From Actinomycetota bacterium (GTDB taxonomy: Bacteria; Actinomycetota; Actinomycetes; Streptosporangiales; Streptosporangiaceae): 64,000 nt of DNA. Shown here one piece after another: positions 60,762-64,000 of the stretch. Numbering within the stretch: the first letter of the stretch is position 1; the number at the start of each line of letters is the position of its first letter. Below the pieces are notes generated by a model, which worked only from the letters and a program-made list of their open reading frames with translations, did no database searches and was not told the DNA's origin. The translations under genes were made by a program, and so were the position numbers. Location: the NCBI GenBank assembly GCA_003164955.1, contig PLRW01000247.1:81403-145402 (forward strand), written 5' to 3'.

Positions 60762-61009
60762 CTATCTCCGGACGAGAGAAAGCTAGCTGCCCGAACTTAT
60801 TTCTGCCGGGATCACCTTAGCGATCAATTTAGTACGGCGTGAGCACGTACGGCCATGTCCGGACTCCGGGACGTCACCAAGGCCGCCGGGCAAAAAATTG
60901 CCACTCGAATTAATCCGAATGGCGCATCGCAGCGCGAATAATGCGATAGCTTTTCTTTTGAGACATTCTGCGCGCAGACCTCGTTATCAACCGATAAGGG
61001 ATCACCCCA

Positions 61010-61279
61010 ATGAAAACTCATCAGTGGATACTGCCTGTCGTCATGCAGACGGGAATCGGCCCGGCCGAGAGCCCAGCGAGAACAGTGGGAACCAATCCGC
61101 GGGGCCGCAGGGCGAGCGGGATTCTCATTCTGGCTCTCGCGCTCGGCGGCTTCGGCGCCGGGGCCGCGGCAACATCAGGCCAGGTGAGTGCCCATCACAC
61201 GGCGGGCAATGCTCGCCCCGGAGCCAGCGCTCACCTGACGAGCGCCGGTCACGTTATCAGCAATCCCTGGATGCTCTGA
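61010..61279 (+). CDS. candidate small secreted peptide (very uncertain)
   Basis: 89-aa ORF in lower-GC DNA. GRRASGILILALALGGFGAGAAATSGQVSA looks like a signal peptide and leaves a 28-aa His-rich tail, HHTAGNARPGASAHLTSAGHVISNPWML. Weak RBS (AAGGGA). Confidence 0.3.
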   Translation: MKTHQWILPVVMQTGIGPAESPARTVGTNPRGRRASGILILALALGGFGAGAAATSGQVSAHHTAGNARPGASAHLTSAGHVISNPWML

Positions 61280-61538
61280 CTCAATATCACGTTCCGGAGC
61301 TATACGTTTTCGATCTCGGTATGCAATATGGCCATACCTGGCTGCTCTTATGCCTTTCAAGGGGCTAGCGGCCGACTCGAAAGCGCGGGCAGGAGCGGCA
61401 TCAATTGCGCCGCGAACCGGTCCCTGGGCCCGGTAATGCGCAGCGGCATCATGCGCGTTACCGGGCCCACCTGCGAGCAATAGATAGCGCAGGACAGATA
61501 GCCAGGACGGATAACGCAGGACGGATAACGCAGAAGAA

Positions 61539-61580
61539 CGGCAGCCGACCGGGCGTTCCCGGTCGGCTGCCGTCTTTATC
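61539..61580. terminator. bidirectional intrinsic terminator-like hairpin
   Basis: Perfect 16-bp stem ACGGCAGCCGACCGGG / CCCGGTCGGCTGCCGT with a 4-nt loop, followed by CTTTAT on the plus strand and TTCTTCTG on the minus strand. Lies 7 nt downstream of the DivIVA-domain gene stop. Confidence 0.6.
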
Positions 61581-61586
61581 GTGCCG

Positions 61587-62285
61587 CTACCCGCGTCCTC
61601 TCAACGGTGCAGATGCGTCGCCATTAATCGCCCGCGGCCCGCCAGGTGGCACAGCTTGCGCTGCGTGCGCTGCTTGCGCTGCTTCCTGTAGTGAGGCTGC
61701 TTCCTTACGCTCCCACTCCTCGATACCGCGCAGGATTCCCTCGGTGTAAGCGCGCAAGTGCGCCCGGTAGACGTCGCTGTAGGTGCGCAGATAGGCCAGT
61801 TCCGCCTGCGCGGCCTGCTGCTTTTCGTCGGACTGTGGCGCCGCCGCCACGTTCAGCGCCGAAACCGCTGCCTCGCGGGCCTTGGTGTGCGCGTCTTCCA
61901 GCAGCATGTCCGAGTACTGCTGGGCCTCCTGCATGATCTCATCGCGGCGCCGCTTGGCCTCCAGGGTGAGCCGGCTGCTGTAATCCTGCGCATCCGCCAC
62001 GTACTGGTCGGCGGTGACCTGCGCGGTTGACAGTATCCGCACCGCGTGTACGTGCGCGTCTGCCTCACCGAACAGCACCGCCTGTGGCTCACCATCGCTC
62101 TCTCCGGCGATGATCCGGCGGCGGAGTCGCTGAACTTCCTGCCACAGCGACGTCCGTTCGTTCATCAGATGCACGAACTCGGCGTGCACCGCGCTCAGGA
62201 ACCCCCGGACGGCCTCTTCTTCGTAGCCACGCCGCCCCAGCCGCGACGTGGGAAACGTCACGGTCTGCAACTCTTCGGGGGTCAT
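61587..62285 (-). CDS. DivIVA domain-containing coiled-coil protein
   Basis: Start at MTPEELQTVTFPTSRLGRRGYEEEAVRGFL (ATG 62285), the canonical DivIVA N-terminal motif. 29 nt downstream of the flavohaemoglobin stop. Confidence 0.75.
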   Translation of the reverse strand: MTPEELQTVTFPTSRLGRRGYEEEAVRGFLSAVHAEFVHLMNERTSLWQEVQRLRRRIIAGESDGEPQAVLFGEADAHVHAVRILSTAQVTADQYVADAQDYSSRLTLEAKRRRDEIMQEAQQYSDMLLEDAHTKAREAAVSALNVAAAPQSDEKQQAAQAELAYLRTYSDVYRAHLRAYTEGILRGIEEWERKEAASLQEAAQAAHAAQAVPPGGPRAINGDASAPLRGRG

Positions 62286-62314
62286 CCTGCTCTTGTCGTC
62301 GAACCATGCTGTGC

Positions 62315-63433
62315 TCAAGGCTCGCTCCAGCCGAAATCCTCGATATGTATCTGATCCTGCGGCACGCCGGCTGAGGCCAGCCGAGCGGCAGCGTCCCGGA
62401 CCATCTTGGTCGGGCCGGCCAGGTAGGCGTCGTGCCCTGACCAATCGCCGTGCCGGGCCACCACATCCGGGAGACTGCCGGTCTCGCCGGCGAACTTGGG
62501 ATCGGCCGACACGGCTGGCGTAATGGTCAGCCACGAGTACTGGGCGCCCATCTTCTCCAGGCTTTCCAGGTCATAGAGTCCGTCTGCGGTCCGCGCGCCA
62601 AAGAACAGGTGTACCTTCGGCGGCCGCGGCAGCGAGGCCACCTGGTCGAGAATGGCTTTCAGGGGGGCCAGTCCGGTACTTCCCGCCACGAGCAAGAGGT
62701 CCCGGCCGGAGACGGGCTGACTCAGCGTAAGGACCCCGACGGGAGGTCCCAGCCTGAGCTCGGTGCCAGCGACCGTGCTGCTGGTAAGCGCCATGCTTAC
62801 CGCACCGCCATCGATCAGCCGGATATGGAACTCCAGCAGCCCGTCCTGACGCGGCGCGTTCGCTATCGAGTAGTAGCGCCACAGCCTTGGGCGGCTGGAG
62901 GATTCGATCGCCACGGACTGCCCCGGCAGATAGTCCATTCGCGGCTCCGGCTGAACAAACAGCACGGAAACGTCGAAAGACCTCGCCTCGTGAGCCACGA
63001 CCGTACCCCGCCACCAGGGCGGCCGCAGTCGCTCGTCCGCGCTTGCCGCCGCGGTCATGACGGAGCCGATGAGCGCGTAGGCCGCCTTCCAGTCGGCGGC
63101 CAGCTCCGGCGTCCAGGCCGGTCCGGAGAAATGTTCCAAGGTCGCCAGCAGACTGGCGCCTACGGCGTCATAATGCCCGGCGACAGCGCCGAACTTCCGG
63201 TGATCACGGCCCAGTCCCTCAAGGAACACGGTCAGATCATCAACGCTGTCTACCTGCGAAACGATCTTCACCAGCGCGTCGACGAGGTGGCTGCGCTGTG
63301 CCGCCATCGAGACGGGGAACATGCCCCGCACCTCTGGATGCTTGAGGAACAGGTCGGAGTAGAAGAACAGTGGTAGCTCGTCACCGTGTACCGCGACATG
63401 GGCGAAGCTTTCCCGTAGCCGGGCAACGTCCAA
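62315..63433 (-). CDS. flavohaemoglobin-like protein (globin + FNR-type FAD/NAD(P) reductase; candidate NO dioxygenase)
   Basis: Globin features FFYSDLF (Tyr B10), AAQRSHL (Gln E7), GRDHRKFGV (proximal His). Reductase features RYYSIAN (RxYS) and VAGSTGLAP. Start uncertain: TTG 63433 corresponds to the start in copy A, and the track ORF extends to 63577. Confidence 0.85.
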   Translation of the reverse strand: MDVARLRESFAHVAVHGDELPLFFYSDLFLKHPEVRGMFPVSMAAQRSHLVDALVKIVSQVDSVDDLTVFLEGLGRDHRKFGAVAGHYDAVGASLLATLEHFSGPAWTPELAADWKAAYALIGSVMTAAASADERLRPPWWRGTVVAHEARSFDVSVLFVQPEPRMDYLPGQSVAIESSSRPRLWRYYSIANAPRQDGLLEFHIRLIDGGAVSMALTSSTVAGTELRLGPPVGVLTLSQPVSGRDLLLVAGSTGLAPLKAILDQVASLPRPPKVHLFFGARTADGLYDLESLEKMGAQYSWLTITPAVSADPKFAGETGSLPDVVARHGDWSGHDAYLAGPTKMVRDAAARLASAGVPQDQIHIEDFGWSEP

Positions 63434-63601
63434 CGGGTCCCGCCTCTCTGTGCCATCGCCACCAGCTGGCGGATCCGGCGACGCTGGCCCGCGGCCTGAG
63501 GATCCGCTCACCGGTCGCATGCCGGATCGCACCATCACTTGCAGGGCAAGTCTCATGCAAGTTGCAGAGCAAGACATCCGTCAGCTGACGGATATCTGAA
63601 C
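63261..63601 (-). repeat. copy B (functional locus) of the inverted duplication
   Basis: Reverse complement aligns with 55484-55750. The palindrome ACTTGCA-N12-TGCAAGT is conserved in both copies (55523-55548 and 63537-63562). Confidence 0.85.
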
Positions 63602-63831
63602 CCGGGCCACGGCCGGCGCGGCTTCGCCGGGCTGTCGATGGCGCACCGGCTGTGGTGATCCAGTCAGCGCCGCCAAGGCGCCCGGCGCTTTCGCCGTCAC
63701 ATCATCAACCGCCGCCAATGGTCACGTGGAGGTGATCGCCGCGGCTCACATAGCAGCAGATTTTTGGCAGCCCGCACCCGGCTGGTGGCGGCCGGAGTGG
63801 TACCAGAAAGCGGTCCAGGTGATACCAGAAA

Positions 63832-63862
63832 GCGGAGAGCCCCGCTGAACGGGGCTCTCCGC
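63832..63862. terminator. intrinsic terminator-like hairpin downstream of the DUF397 gene
   Basis: GCGGAGAGCCCCG-CTGAA-CGGGGCTCTCCGC, a 13-bp perfect stem. The minus strand continues CTTTCTGG. Confidence 0.55.
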
Positions 63863-63905
63863 CTCTTCTGATCGACAGCTACTACGAGCAGGATGCTACA
63901 GCGCT

Positions 63906-64000
63906 TTATTTCCTGCCGAAGCTATCGAATTCTCCCTTTTGTGCGCCTCCGAGAAATGCATGCCATTCGTCCGGTGTAAATCGGAGAACTGGCCCTCCGG
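63906..64000 (-). CDS. DUF397 (BldB-like) domain protein, C-terminal fragment at the window edge
   Basis: My reverse translation gives ...GGPVLRFTPDEWHAFLGGAQKGEFDSFGRK-stop. W.AFL...K.GEFD is the typical DUF397 C-terminus. Confidence 0.6.
   Translation of the reverse strand, partial: GGPVLRFTPDEWHAFLGGAQKGEFDSFGRK

Overview
High-GC actinomycete-type (Actinomycetota) chromosomal DNA that reads like an accessory or arm region. It has about 50 credible CDS, many gene remnants, and no rRNA, tRNA, CRISPR array, transposase or integrase that I could recognise.

Contents from left to right:
1. Aerobic benzoyl-CoA (Box) pathway genes: a ligase fragment, boxB and boxC, with a PaaX-type regulator and an MBL hydrolase.
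2. A 1.2 kb repeat-rich non-coding leader.
3. A two-operon, convergent exopolysaccharide locus (7.0-22.2 kb). It combines a PelF-type GT4 glycosyltransferase with homologues of the three fungal galactosaminogalactan (GAG) processing enzymes. These are two Sph3/spherulin-4 paralogues, an Ega3/GH114 lipoprotein, and a 1961-aa protein with an Agd3/CE18-like deacetylase module fused to 12 Ig-like repeats.
4. An orphan DprE1 orthologue.
5. An SDR plus a Baeyer-Villiger-type monooxygenase.
6. mazEF.
7. Four translationally coupled acyl-CoA dehydrogenases, with a GntR regulator, an SDR and an acyl-CoA synthetase.
8. A visibly lower-GC 5 kb island: family III CoA-transferase, ACAD, CitE-like lyase, acetyl-CoA hydrolase/transferase and a frameshifted crotonase. 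It ends in an AT-rich junction.
9. A run of decayed genes.
10. A group-1-type [NiFe] uptake hydrogenase operon.
11. A GAF/PAS histidine kinase.
12. A bacterial nitric-oxide synthase, an AfsR/SARP-NB-ARC-TPR regulator and a flavohaemoglobin-like gene. These are framed by an inverted duplication of the flavohaemoglobin promoter and 5' end.

The two candidates I rate most interesting are the hybrid Pel/GAG-like polysaccharide system and the NOS / flavohaemoglobin / SARP module with its captured antisense promoter copy. All calls rest on my reading of the ORF translations and the DNA. No database search was run.
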